From NCBI GenBank assembly GCA_951406725.2, contig OX597814.1, forward strand, positions 220,844,001 to 220,908,000: 64,000 nucleotides of DNA, given 5' to 3'. Source of the stretch: Octopus vulgaris (taxonomy: Eukaryota). Positions 40,940-53,577 of the stretch are shown here, piece after piece. The position numbers and the translations under genes are program-made. Below the pieces are notes generated by a model that had not been told where the DNA came from, did no database searches, and saw only the letters and a list, made by a program, of their open reading frames with translations. Within the stretch, counting starts at the first letter, position 1; each line of letters opens with the position of its first letter.

Positions 40940-41715
40940 GGTCAAGATCCTGATTTCAGCCTCCACCACTTCATGATACGAAGAGTCCAATTTCTTCCTG
41001 GATCACCCTCTCCCAAATGTTCCATCTACATTAACTGATCGGCATTTCTGTAGACAGCTGTCCTTATCTATGTGCATCACGTGCTGTGTTTCTTTTTCTT
41101 GCATACTATTTTCTCTGAGTGCATTCGTACGATGTGCTACATACACACTCACGCTGCACATCCAACGGAACAGGCTTACTTCATTTCTTTTCAATCATCT
41201 CAAGACTTCTGCGTTTAAAACCCTCACCTACTACCATGCAGCATTGCAGTTCTAACGCAAGAACCATACAATCTGCCTTTCACTTTGAAGGAAAAGACCT
41301 TTGTTACCAAAAACGGTAGGACTTGCATGAACTTTCGTCCGACCGATCTTACACCAGCTACGAAACTTTCAGAGCAAACGCCTCATTTGCTAATTATATT
41401 TCTTGGATAACAAAAGCTGTCAGCTACATATAGTGAGCCATCTGGTCATTGACGAGAGTCTGTTTCACATACGAAGCTTATGCTCGCTGCTAGAGTGCTT
41501 GTGATTCCATTACACGTCCTGTGTGTCCATAGCTTACTTTGGATACAGTGTATGGAGTTTAAACCTACCTTTTTTCTGTTTATCGAGCAGGGTCATTTCT
41601 TTGACAGTAGTAAGGTCTTGTCTTTTTTTCTAGTTACTAAAACCATTGTTTTTGCTAAGCTTATCCTAAGAACTCTCATTTTTAGGAATTTCCTTTTTAA
41701 TTCCCCTATAGATTC
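40940..41715 (-). mobile_element. Decayed RTE-like LINE 3' region
   Basis: LRISLAKTMVL...KVGLNSIHCIQSKLWTH...KRNEVSLFRWMCSVS...VMHIDKDSCLQKC...GRG. Confidence 0.75.
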
Positions 41716-42282
41716 ATGCATGTATATATATATATATATACGTACACACGAACACACACACATACATACATCCCAACACAACCCTCATATATCCATGACA
41801 TGAAATAAGCAAATATTTCACAGATGTTTCATAATTTCATTTTAAGCTTTACTACCGTTTCAACGGTCATATTCGTAATTAATATATTAAAATACATAAT
41901 TCATTTACATGTAATGGATAAACCGTTTCATCACACTCAAATTGATACGTTTCCTATTTTTATACATTAACTAAGTAATTATATAGTTGACAATGTTTGT
42001 ATTTTAATTGTTGAAACAACTGCAGAACTTAGAAATTATGAAACATCTGTAAAATCTTTGATCGTCCAATACTCTGAATTTGTTGCTCCAATAATTCGAG
42101 GAAGCCACTTTAAACCCCGCCACCACACATATACGTATTCATTCCATTTATGATTGTAATATATTCGAGTTTGGCGAGATGGTAATAACTGAGCGCTTAA
42201 ATTCTCATATACATATGCATGTATATGCATGTATATGTATATATATATATATGTATGTAGACATATATGTATATATGCGTGC

Positions 42283-42324
<42 letters not shown>

Positions 42325-42741
42325 TATATATATATATATATATATATATTGTATATACTACACTATGCATGTATACATATGTATATATATATGTATTAAA
42401 TGCTATTTCTAATATATAATAAATATATATATAAATATGTATGTTATATTAACTCAACTCACGTAAGTTGAGCTATATATATATATATATATATATGTAT
42501 ATGTATTTACGTAGATATTCATGTATGTAGATATATATCCATTATATATGAAAGAATGGAGTTGAATGACGTTTAATTTTTAGCTGCTATTTCTAATGAG
42601 TTCAGTATGCGGCAAAGTAATTTATTTTACTAAGCCCTTTTATATAATGTAATAATTTGAATTCGCCTTAAATGGTCCCTTTGCATACTGAACACTTGGT
42701 GAAATTGATTAATAATTAATTAATTTTACCCTCAATTGTTG

Positions 42742-42825
<84 letters not shown>

Positions 42826-42871
42826 CGTATGCATGTCATATGTATATATATGTATGTATATATGTATGTAC

Positions 42872-42914
<43 letters not shown>

Positions 42915-43082
42915 GATATGTATGTATATATGTAGGCATACATATATATGTATATATATGTAAATATATATATATATATATATGTATATGTATGCATCTA
43001 CGTAGATATTCATGTATGTATATATATATCCATATATATATGAAAGAATGGAGTTGAATGACGAATTAATAAAATTCCTTTA

Positions 43083-43165
43083 TTTTCGACATATGTTTCG
43101 AAGGCTGCATATTCCTAATTGCGAAGGAATAAGGAGTATATTATGCCGCTTTCTCATCAGGAAAA
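43083..43165 (-). ncRNA. Type I hammerhead ribozyme, intact core, extended stem II
   Basis: ttttc-CTGATGA-gaaagcggcata...tatgcagccttc-GAAA-CATATG-TC-gaaaa, with a GUC cleavage triplet. Confidence 0.85.
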
Positions 43166-43454
43166 GCAAGGAACTTATGTCAACATCAAGATGCACAAAA
43201 AACTTTTAGATGGCTGCTCACACGGAGCCCATAGTGAAAAAATCGACTTTAGCCCTTATTTCTAGCAGGTGGGTGCTTGTTTAAGCATCATAACGCTTCG
43301 TACAAATATATAATTCATAGCTATTTAATGCTATTGCGCCCTCGATCCACCTATGTCACTGCTGGTGATATCATCAATTTTAAAATTTATCCACAGATGA
43401 TATGAACAGTAGTGACATCTGAATTCAAATCTATATGCATATATATACATATAG

Positions 43455-43514
<60 letters not shown>

Positions 43515-43520
<6 letters not shown>

Positions 43521-43845
43521 CCCCCTTCGGTCATGAATGACCATGGGATTGCACCTAGAAAGTTACCCTCCTAGACACAAGTCCGGGCAAGGTTGTTTAT
43601 GGAAGACCAGCAGTCGCCCATGCATACCAGCCTCCCCTCTCCACGCCACCAGTGTTATCCAAGGGAAAGACAAAGGTCGATACAGCTTGGTACCAGTGAC
43701 GTCGCAACTCATTTCTACAGCTGAGTGAACTGGAGCAACGTGAAATAAAGTGCCTTGCTCAAGAACACAACACGCAGCCCGGTCCGGGATTCGAGCTCAC
43801 AACCTCACGATCGTAAGCTCGACGCTCTAACCACTGAGCCATGCA
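43515..43845 (-). mobile_element. tRNA-derived CORE-like SINE (family D head, different tail)
   Basis: The head gcatggctcagtggttagagcg...ttcttgagcaaggcactttatttcacgttgctccag matches family D, but the tail does not. Confidence 0.8.
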
Positions 43846-44350
43846 CATATATATACATATAGTTATACATAAAAGTATACATATATATAGACATATATGT
43901 ATATAAATTAGAGAAGAACCACCATGTAGCAATTTAACAATGGTAACTCGTGAAGACGTTGCGTAAATAAAAAAATAGAATATATATATAGAAGTATGTT
44001 TTATATTAATGAAAATGGCGAAAGATATTTAAGCTTCTAGAATCAAAGAATAAGAGAACAAAAAACAAAACTACAAATTACTATTTACTGGAAGATTTAA
44101 ATTCCAAATAATTAATACTAAAATACGTAAAATATACATAATATAGTTAAATAAATTTATATTACTGTAATTAATAGATATTCATTAAAATATATATCCA
44201 TTTATTTAAGAAACATCCAAGTTTAAACGTATTCAAATAATGTAATATAGAACATATAATATCATGCTAATTTATACACTTATACTCCAATAAGATATAT
44301 CTACAACAAACTAGTAACATAAAATAGGGTTTTATATATATACGGAAAAA

Positions 44351-45600
44351 TTAGCTAATCATATTACACAAGTAATGTAATTTATGTTTGCATTTAATTT
44401 TTCGCCCATCAAGGGAATTAACCAATATTTTATTATTATTAAATAATATTTCCTTAAATTCCTTAGTACACAACAAACAAGAATTACTACATATACGGTA
44501 AGATTTTGTCTTACAAATTATCTCCCAAGTTAACTTATATTTAATATATTTAGATTTAAGTTTGCAAATATATTTGCTAGGGCCGGTAGAATTTATTAAA
44601 TTTCTATTCTTAAAAGAATACATGTGTTGAGCCACCCTTAATTTCATTTTATTAGAAGTCGACCCTATGTAGATCGCGTTTAAATTATAATCGTTCACAT
44701 TATTATTATCAATTAAAGTTACTAAACATTTATAAACTACATCAACCAAATTACATGTAGTCTTATCTCTACATGTACAATAAATTATATCAAGGTCTTT
44801 ATTACTATTATTATTAGAATCATCATTTAATTTATTTTTGTAAAACTTATTCAATTTAGTGGAGGCGCAATGGCCCAGTGGTTAGGGCAGCGGACTCGCG
44901 GTAGTAGGATCGCGGTTTCGATTCCCAGACCGGGCGTTGTGAGTGTTTATTGAGCGAAGACACCTAAAATTTCCACGAGGCTCTGGCAGGGGGTGGTGGT
45001 GATCCCTGCTGTACTCTTTCACCACAATTTTCTCTCACTCTTACTTCCTGTTTCTGTTGTACCTGTATTTCAAAGGGCCGGCCTTGTCACTCTCTGTGTC
45101 ACGCTGAATATCCCCGAGAACTACGTTAAGGGTACACGTGTCTGTGGAGTGCTCAGCCACTTACACGTTAATTTCACGAGCAGGCTATTCCGTTGATTCG
45201 GATCAACCGGAACCTTCGTCGTCGTAACCGACGGAGTGCTTCCAAAATTCAATTTAAATTTATTAAATGAAGAAATAATATTACCAACATTATTAGTAGT
45301 AGAATAACCAACTCCAAAATTATTACTATAAAAAATGTTAGATATTTTTTATTTTCCCTAATGAATATTTCAATTATAGTTAAAATCTTTTTAATAATAT
45401 TTGTTTTTACGTGAACCTCATCAGGAACTATGAACCATATTTTATTCTTATTTTTTATATTATTATTATTATTATTATTATTATTAAATTTATTATCATC
45501 ATTAATTGAATTAAATTTAATCTTATTTTTATTTTTTATTCCATTATTAAATGTATGATTTATATTATCATAATACCTATTATTATTAAGACCACAGTTC
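44351..45600 (-). mobile_element. Penelope-like element ORF remnant (linker + GIY-YIG), split by a family C SINE
   Basis: KIWFIVP...TNII...GYSTTNNVGNIISS / CTCRDKTTC...VVYKC...YIGST...RVAQH...SKYI...WEII...CLLCTKE...CKHK. Confidence 0.9.
44861..45244 (+). mobile_element. SINE family C, young, with 10-bp TSD
   Basis: TSD attcaattta at 44849-44858 and 45247-45256. A/B boxes tggcccagtgg / ggtttcgattccc. Confidence 0.92.
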
Positions 45601-45630
45601 ATTATACTGTCCTCAAATACCCGTCGCACG

Positions 45631-45667
<37 letters not shown>

Positions 45668-45670
<3 letters not shown>

Positions 45671-46321
45671 TCTGCGTACTTCATAAGGATTTGCACATAA
45701 CCACCGGTCATTTCTTCAGTTAGACTTTTGATCCTGGTCTATGTTTTTTCATCAATGAAAAACCAAAGCATGCCTTGTTCAGGAGGATTTTTCACTTTGT
45801 TAAGTAACCTTTTTGAACGGATGAGACGGTTTTCCTGTGTTTTTGCAGACACGAATTGACTTTCTCTCATTATATAGGACTTGTATCGAATGTCACGATG
45901 TACCACAGTTCTTATAGTCCACTCTGATACTCGAAGTTCTTTAGCAATGGACCTCATTGATCTTCTGTGGTTTTCATCGATAATGTTTTGAACATGTATA
46001 AATTCTGGTGTCCTTTTAGTGTCTGAGCGTTGTAAATGTTTTTTTTTTTCTCTTTGATACAAGTGAAAAATATTACCATCACATGCCTCCAATTCCAACC
46101 AAATATTGTGTACAAACGATCTTGCAGCGCTTAGAAAGATGTTAATTTATAAATCATTGTGGCTTGCATGTATAGCAACTATAACTGCGTATCTTTTCAT
46201 CTTTCGAGTTGGTATGATATCTTGAAAGGTTGGTTTATCTGAAAAAGAAAATGATACAGTAAATAATTTGAAGGTGTAATGAACTAAAAACGAAATACCC
46301 TCAAGTACCCCTGGTACCCTG
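45668..46321 (-). mobile_element. Tc1/mariner transposase 5' remnant with one TIR
   Basis: HTH RRSMRSIAKELRVSEWTIR...WFFIDEK (first catalytic D motif), with a TA|CAGGGT terminus at 46321. Confidence 0.85.
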
Positions 46322-46353
46322 TATATATATGTCTCTCTATATTTCTTAATTCT

Positions 46354-48644
46354 TTTACTCATTTCGGCCATGCGGCCGTGGGCTTGCTGGAGCACCACCA
46401 TGGTCCTTCTGACTTCCCCAGTGTGGGTGTTTCACATCACCACTGCTATATGTGCCTTTGTCCCATCTATTGGTACATTTGGTGTATAAGGGAGTTTCAT
46501 TCCGCTGCCCTCGTCTGTACCTCCTGTCCGGCTGTTGGCTCATCCGGTATTGTGGAGAGGACGATGTCTAGTTCCCTTTTGAAGATATCTACTTCCACCT
46601 TATGCAAATTTCTTAATTTTTGTGGTAGGGCATTGAAGATATGTGGGCCTTTGAACCTTAGACCGGGTCCTGAATTTAGATGGAGTGGATGGTACTTTTG
46701 GTACAATACAATGGCGGCCAGGTCTGGCATTTGTATAACACTTAAAGCCAAAGTTAGCTACTAGCCCTTCTAGGATTCTCTATATGTATATTATTGCCTA
46801 TATCTCACGTCTTCGCTCCAGGGTGTAAAGATGTAGTTTTCTCAGCCTATCTCTGTAGCTCATCCGCTACACTGTTTTAATTTTTTTAGTGGACTGCTTC
46901 AAGCTCCGCTGTTAGTTTGGCACTATGTTGTGACTATAATTGGGAGAAGTAGTCCAGGCGGCTGACAACAAAGATTCTCCACAGAGTCAACACAGTTTCT
47001 TGGTCTCTTGTCTTGAAAGGCCTCAGTATGCATCCTGCCAATTGTCTGCACTTTGTTGCCATCTTGCTAATGTGTATATGAAAGGCTGCGTCATTGCACA
47101 TACTGACCCCCAAGTCTTTCACTGCCTCTGACTTTGGGACTGTACTGACTTCGGGTCCTGTGGAAGCACTCCGTCGGTTACGACGACGAGGGTTCCGGTT
47201 GATCCGAATCAACGGAACAGTCTGCTCGTGAAATTAACGTGTAAGTGGCTGAGCACTCCACAGACACGTGTACCCTTAATGTAGTTCTCGGGGATATTCA
47301 GCGTGACACAGAGAGTGACAAGGCCGGCCCTTTGAAATACAGGTACAACAGAAACAGGAAGTAAGAGTGAGAGAAAGTTGTGGTGAAAGAGTACAGCAGG
47401 GATCACCACCATCCCCTGCCGGAGCCTCGTGGAGCTTTGGGTGTTTTCGCTCAATAAACACTCACAACGCCCGGCCTGGGAATCGAAACCGCGATCCTAC
47501 TACCGCGAGTCCGCTGCCCTAACCACTGGGCCATTGCGCCCCCATGTATATGTAGATTGTACTGTATTTGTGAGTTGATGGTGCAGTGGTTGAAATTTTC
47601 CAGCATTAAACTGCATGTTGTTTATTTCGGCCCATCATCTTGGTTTTTTATTGCTTATGATAATTTTTGTATCATCGGCACAGCTAGTGACAGTGGCTGT
47701 CCGAGTGACCGTGGGCATGTCTAAGTGGGCTATTATAGACAGTAATGGCCCCAGAACAGTTCCCTGGGGGACACCACTTAGGATTTGAGTTTCCTAAGAA
47801 AGGACATCATTGGCTGCAACTACCTGACTTCTGTTTTTAAGGAAGTCATGCAGCCACTCTCCCAGTTTACCAGCAATACCAAGGTCACGTAGCTCATGAC
47901 ATATCATGTCATGATCTATCTTATCAAATGCTCTTGCGAAGTCAAGGAATATCACATTGACGTCTGAATGGTCAAGCAGCTGCTTCAAAACCCAGTCATA
48001 TTGCTGTAGGAGCTGTGTCAGGCAGCTTCTAATTGGACAGAAGCCATGCTGTGCATTGTTCAGTAGGTCATTTTTTTCTAGGAACATTTTCAACTTCTCT
48101 CTGATGATTCGCTTCATGACTTTGCTGATATGCGAAGTCAGAGAGATTGGCTTGTAGCTTTAGGCCCCGGCTCTGCTTCCACCTTTGTGGATAGGGCATA
48201 TAATGCCTCCTTTCAGCAAATTAGAAAGTATACCACTTGCAAGAAAACTTTGGAAAATTATCTGAAGTGTTTTCGTTAAAGCCTGCTTACATGACTTTAG
48301 GAGAATAGCTGGGAAGCCATCAGGACCAGCGGTGGAGCATGGCCTCATTTCATCTATGGCCGCTATTACATGTTTCTTCACTGCTGATGCAATCTATGGC
48401 TGGTGCCTCCCTTTTTTAGAGCTGCAATATCAAAGAATTCAGTCGGATTTTTTATCTGCATGTGTCCAAGGAGGGAATTGAAGACACGTTAAAATTGTTC
48501 ACTGAATATTTTACTTATCTTTTCTGGGTTCGCCGTCAGTGAGTCATTCCTTTGGAACAATGGTCCTATTTTATATTGTATTGTGGCTGTTTTCTTTGCG
48601 AATTTATAGAAAGCGTTGGGGGTTTGTTTAGTGCTTTCCACAGC

Positions 48645-48706
<62 letters not shown>

Positions 48707-48800
48707 ACTCTTTCCCTTTCGTGAGAAAGTTTGATCTTGCTTTCAATTTCTAGGAACGTCCGTGTTAAGATAGACTTCTCTCTATCCTTTGAACCGAACA
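46354..48800 (-). mobile_element. CR1-group LINE ORF2 remnant (RT), split by a family C SINE
   Basis: AGPDGFP, YKPISLTS, QHGF, FLDFARAFDKIDH, SGVPQGTVLGP, CADDTK, VKDLGV, FKGPHIFNALP...FKRELD...IPDEP. Confidence 0.92.
47161..47543 (-). mobile_element. SINE family C, young
   Basis: Near-identical reverse complement of 44861-45244. Confidence 0.92.
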
Positions 48801-48867
48801 TTTACATCTCCTGCGTGCTTGACCTTTTCACAAACATAGACACACACACGCGTGCACGCTGAACACG

Positions 48868-48901
<34 letters not shown>

Positions 48902-49338
48902 ATCGGAGCACACAACCCAACACAACCACAGAGCACACGCAAACATATCTCTATTTACAGTTCACCTCATTTCCATTGTATAGCTTAGTACTGATTATAC
49001 TGATAGTCGTGCAAAGCCTGTTTCTTTGTAACTCTCGTGGAAAATAAAGAAACGGTTATTATAATCCTAATTAATACTATAATTATTTTTACTTTTAATT
49101 TTCTGAGGGGAAAAAGAAAATTCGTAATTATATAAATGAATTAAAAAATAGAAAATAATTAGTGAGCTATTGCTAATTTTGTTGTTATTGTTAAACAGAC
49201 TCCTTTCATATGGATTCCATCTCTTTCTTTTTATTTTAACAATTTTATCGTTTAACAGCCTAATGTAATATAACAAAATATTTCATTATGTGTGTGTTTG
49301 TGTGTTACAAGGAGTTGGAATAAACAGATTGCGTGCGC

Positions 49339-49408
<70 letters not shown>

Positions 49409-49655
49409 ATCTGTATGTATGTTTATATATATATATGTATAAATATATATATATATATACATAATTGTGTGTGTATATATATATATATGTACATCATCTG
49501 TAAATAAATACGTATATAACATACTTCTGTGTGCATGAATATAAATACGAATAAATGTGTATATGCATGCCAATATAGGTTTGTCATTGATATATATATA
49601 TACTTATATATTGATATATATATATATATATATATACATACATACATATATATAT

Positions 49656-49686
<31 letters not shown>

Positions 49687-49830
49687 CATATATACATATA
49701 TATATACATATATATACATACACACACACGCATATATATATATATACATATATATATACATATATATGTATATATAAATGTATGGAATAATAACGTATGC
49801 CCATGAATACACACACACACACACACAAAT

Positions 49831-49865
<35 letters not shown>

Positions 49866-51013
49866 CGATTGTATGAATAAATATTTGTATGTAAATATCG
49901 TTTTTTCCATTATTGTATAATGAAACTATGTTCGTTTCGTTGAAAACATTTTCTAACTACGGAAGCATTCTAAATCAAAATTCACTTTTCTTTCATCTTT
50001 GTATTAGATGAAAAGTTTAAAAATAGAATCTTTCAAGAATTCAAAGTTGTTGTTTCTCCTATTTATTTAGTAAGGTAATTTATTTTGTTTTTGTTGTAGT
50101 CGTTGCCTCTGTTATTGTTGCTGCTGTGGTTCTTTTGTGTTTTCTTCTAGTTCTTTTTCTCTTCTTCTTCTTCTCCTTCTTCTTCTTCTTCTTCTTCTTC
50201 TTCTTCTTCTTCTTCCACCATCATCTCCACCACATCCCCTCTTTTCCTTCTCCTCTCCTCATTCTCTTTCCCTCCTTATCTCCGCTTCTCCTCCTTCTCC
50301 AGTAAATATATTTCTTTAAATTTATATAAATTATGCATTGACATAATAAAGTGTTTATTTTTATATTCTGTGAGCAGCATTTAAAACGGTATAAATATTT
50401 ATTTATAAAGTTCCCCCGACTACAAGAAAGTCATCATATTTTCATCTTTTGAAAAAAAATTATTTTTAGAAAATAGCGTTTATAAACGATCGGTGAAAAG
50501 ATATGACGACGACAACGACGACGACGAAGATAATGATGATGATGATGATGATGATGGTGATACTGATGATGGTAATGAAGATGAGACTCCATTATCATCA
50601 TCGTCATCTTTTTCATGAACATTAACAGCCCCTACCACTCCCACCAACGCTGCCTCCACCGACGCCGCCACCACCGCCACCACCATCACAGCGGCAGCAG
50701 CAGCAGCAATGGTTACTAACGACACTGCTACAAAGAGAACTGCTATGAGAACAACTTCGATTACAAATAAATGACTCCAAATTTAGACACAAGGCCAGCA
50801 ATATCGGGGAAGGGGTAAGTTGGTTACATCGACCCCGTTGCTCAGCTGCTACTTATTTTGTCGACCCTCGGTGGAATTTGTTTCCAAATTTTGGTACAAG
50901 GCCAGACATTTTGGGGAAAGAGTAAATCGTTAATATCGATCCCAGTGCCCAACTGGTACTTGTTTTATTGATCCCGAAAGGATGAAAGGCAAAGTCGACT
51001 CCGGCGGAATTTA

Positions 51014-51525
51014 GGCAGACGTAAAGAATACGCACACTACCCGTTTTCGGTGTAACCCTAACCCTAATATTAAACACTAACCCTAAACCCTAACCCTAAA
51101 CACCGGGTGTGTGTATTACTCTTTTACTCTCTTTCACTTGTTTCAGTCATTTCACTGCGGCCATGCTGGAGCACCGCCTTAAATCGAGCAAATCGACCCC
51201 GGGACTTATTATTTGTAAGCCCAGTACTTATTCTATCGGTCGCTTTTGCCGAACCGCTAAGTGACGGGGACATAAACACACCAGTATCGGTTGTCAAGTA
51301 ATGCATGGGGACAAACACAGACACACAAACACACACATATATATATACATATATACGACAGACTTCTTTGAGTTCCCGTCTACCAAATCCACTTAGAAGG
51401 CTTTGGTCGGCCTGAGGCTATATTAGAAGACAGTTACCCAAGGTGCCACGCAGTGGGACTGAAGCCGGAACCATGTGATTGGTAAGTAAACACAGCCACT
51501 CCTGTAAAATATTCTTTATTCCACC
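51014..51525 (+). mobile_element. Short TIR element carrying (TAACCC)n, split by a family A SINE
   Basis: ggcagacgtaaagaata ... tattctttattccacc termini with internal taaccc repeats. Confidence 0.6.
51118..51504 (-). mobile_element. SINE family A
   Basis: Matches the family A consensus. Confidence 0.9.
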
Positions 51526-51605
51526 AAAATGTTTATTAAAAAATTATTGGTTTCAAATTCCAGTACAAGGTCAGCAAATTCGGAGGAACGTGGTAAATTG
51601 TTTAT

Positions 51606-51682
51606 GGCGAAGTAAAGAATAGGGTTATGGTTTAGGGTTAGGATTACACCGAAAACGGGTGGTGCGTGTATTCTTTACCGCC
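51606..51682 (-). mobile_element. Second short (TTAGGG)-bearing TIR element, inverted relative to 51014
   Basis: ggcgaagtaaagaata ... tattctttaccgcc. About 50 bp is the reverse complement of 51021-51067. Confidence 0.65.
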
Positions 51683-52435
51683 CACAGAATTTGAACTCGG
51701 GACGTAAAGACGGACGAAATGCCGCTAGTCACTTCTTCCGAAGTACTAACGATTCTGCCAGCTCATCGCCCTCGCGACTACTAATACTGATTTTTAATTT
51801 TTGGCACAGCAACTTCGTGAAAAGTGACTCGTCGATTTAATCGACCGCAGAACTCAATTGGTATTATTTTATTGTGCTAATGATTCTACCAGCTCACCGC
51901 ATTCACAACTACCAATATTAGTTTCAACTTTTGGCAATTTCGGGTGAGGAACTGAAATCGATCACATCGAATCCAGTGCTCAACTGGCACTTATTTTATC
52001 GACCCTGAAAGGATGAAAGGCAAAGTCGATCTTGGAAGAATTTGAACTCAGAACGTACAGCCGAGTGAAATGATGCTAAATACTTTTCCCAACGTGCAAA
52101 CGATTCTGCCAGCTCGCACATATTATAACCATTTCCATCACAGCAAAAGCTACTGCTGCTGCTGCTGCTGCTGCTGCTACTACTACTACTACTAGAAGAA
52201 GTATCTACTTGGCCGCTGGAAATAGCAGCCAAATCAACATCAGATTGCACTCTACTATATTATAAACGGAACGACTGGCTGGAGAATGTAGACTTACGCA
52301 TGGTATGTAAAGAACAATCGATGGAATGGTCATGCCGGAATGCCATTGTTTTGAGGATTGCTAACCTGAGGCTAAACAATGACGACAAGAAAAGCCGCAG
52401 CAACAATAAGAACAGCAACAACAACAACAACAACA

Positions 52436-52467
<32 letters not shown>

Positions 52468-52923
52468 TACTACTACTATCATCTTCAACAGAACTATTTC
52501 TACTACTGCAACAACTACACTACAAGTACCTGTACCACTGTGCTATACGCAACTATTACGGATAGGGTATGATAAACAAACAACAGACCATCTATGTAGT
52601 CATTCGAGGTGATGGAAAGAACAGTTAAAAATCTCTTTTAACAAGTATTCTACTGTCTTAAAAATGCATAAACACAGCACTGAAATATTTCACCATCCGT
52701 GTGCGAAAGTCGTCACAGAACAACAGAAGCCACGACTCTATAAAACATGCGCTTAGTTAAACTTGGGACTACAGATCGAAATACCCTCCATCCTACATCC
52801 ACTTCGCAGCAGAATTATCAACTAAGAAGTCTACTATAATGTAAGACTCACCATTCTTTGTCTTTATTCGCGTTACCAATGTATCCCTGTGTCTTTCACT
52901 CTCCTTACCGCTACATATGACTC

Positions 52924-52979
52924 TACATTCTGATGATGTCTACCACTACAACTGGTAAACAGAAACGATCGTAAATGTA
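52924..52979 (+). ncRNA. Type I hammerhead ribozyme, intact
   Basis: tacatt-CTGATGA-tgtctacca-ctacaac-tggtaaaca-GAAA-CGATCG-TA-aatgta. Predicted cleavage after 52973. Confidence 0.88.
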
Positions 52980-53053
52980 CTATTACTACCACTTTTCTTT
53001 ATTAATTAAATTAATTAATGGCTTTCTAGCGCAAACGACCAACTTCTTCCTGT

Positions 53054-53093
<40 letters not shown>

Positions 53094-53577
53094 ACGCCAT
53101 AAGTATAGAAATTAGAAACATTCTAAATTCTTATAACGTCAACAGCATACAATTCTCGCTGATAGGAAGAAAGCTTCTGAAATGGATACAGAATTTCGAA
53201 AGATTGCTTTGGTTCAATGGTCAACGCCTCTCATAATTACAGAGGAATGTAGGTTCGTGCCCAACGGACAGCCTTCGACATTTTCTATCGAAAAGAGAAA
53301 GGTTTTTAATCCAATATATACATACACCTAGTAGCATATATTTACTTCGAGTTCTACTGTTAAAAGTGGATTATATATATATATATATATATGAGTTCAA
53401 AGGGATAGATAATCCTGGAGGTTACTGTGTTTCCTCTTAAATCAGTTTTATATGCTAACCTCAGCGAACCTTTGGTGATACCCCAGTTAGCAATAAGTTG
53501 CTAGACTCTGGTAATTATTCTCGCTTGGTGAATCCGAGAGTCCTATTCAGGACTGCATAGTTTCCGTAGAGTAAGAA

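Larger units (their letters stand above)
50775..52117 (-). mobile_element. Cluster of family B SINE pieces with nested insertions
   Basis: Several core and head segments. One copy is split at gaattt (51007-51012 / 51687-51692). Confidence 0.7.

Noticed and set aside
44861-44935. tRNA-like sequences (also at 37341, ~43770, ~47470 and 63742)
   Set aside because: They are SINE heads with A/B boxes that run straight into SINE bodies, with no complete cloverleaf or terminator.
49808-49864. (AC)n-aatgatt-(GT)n hairpin
   Set aside because: Adjacent complementary microsatellites are expected at this repeat density.
51052-51100. TAACCC repeats as a true or fused telomere
   Set aside because: Only a few degenerate units are present, bounded by TIRs of a short element.
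50137-52612. Poly-L/H/S/T/A ORFs from trinucleotide repeats
   Set aside because: Compound microsatellites among SINE debris, with no splice or domain support.
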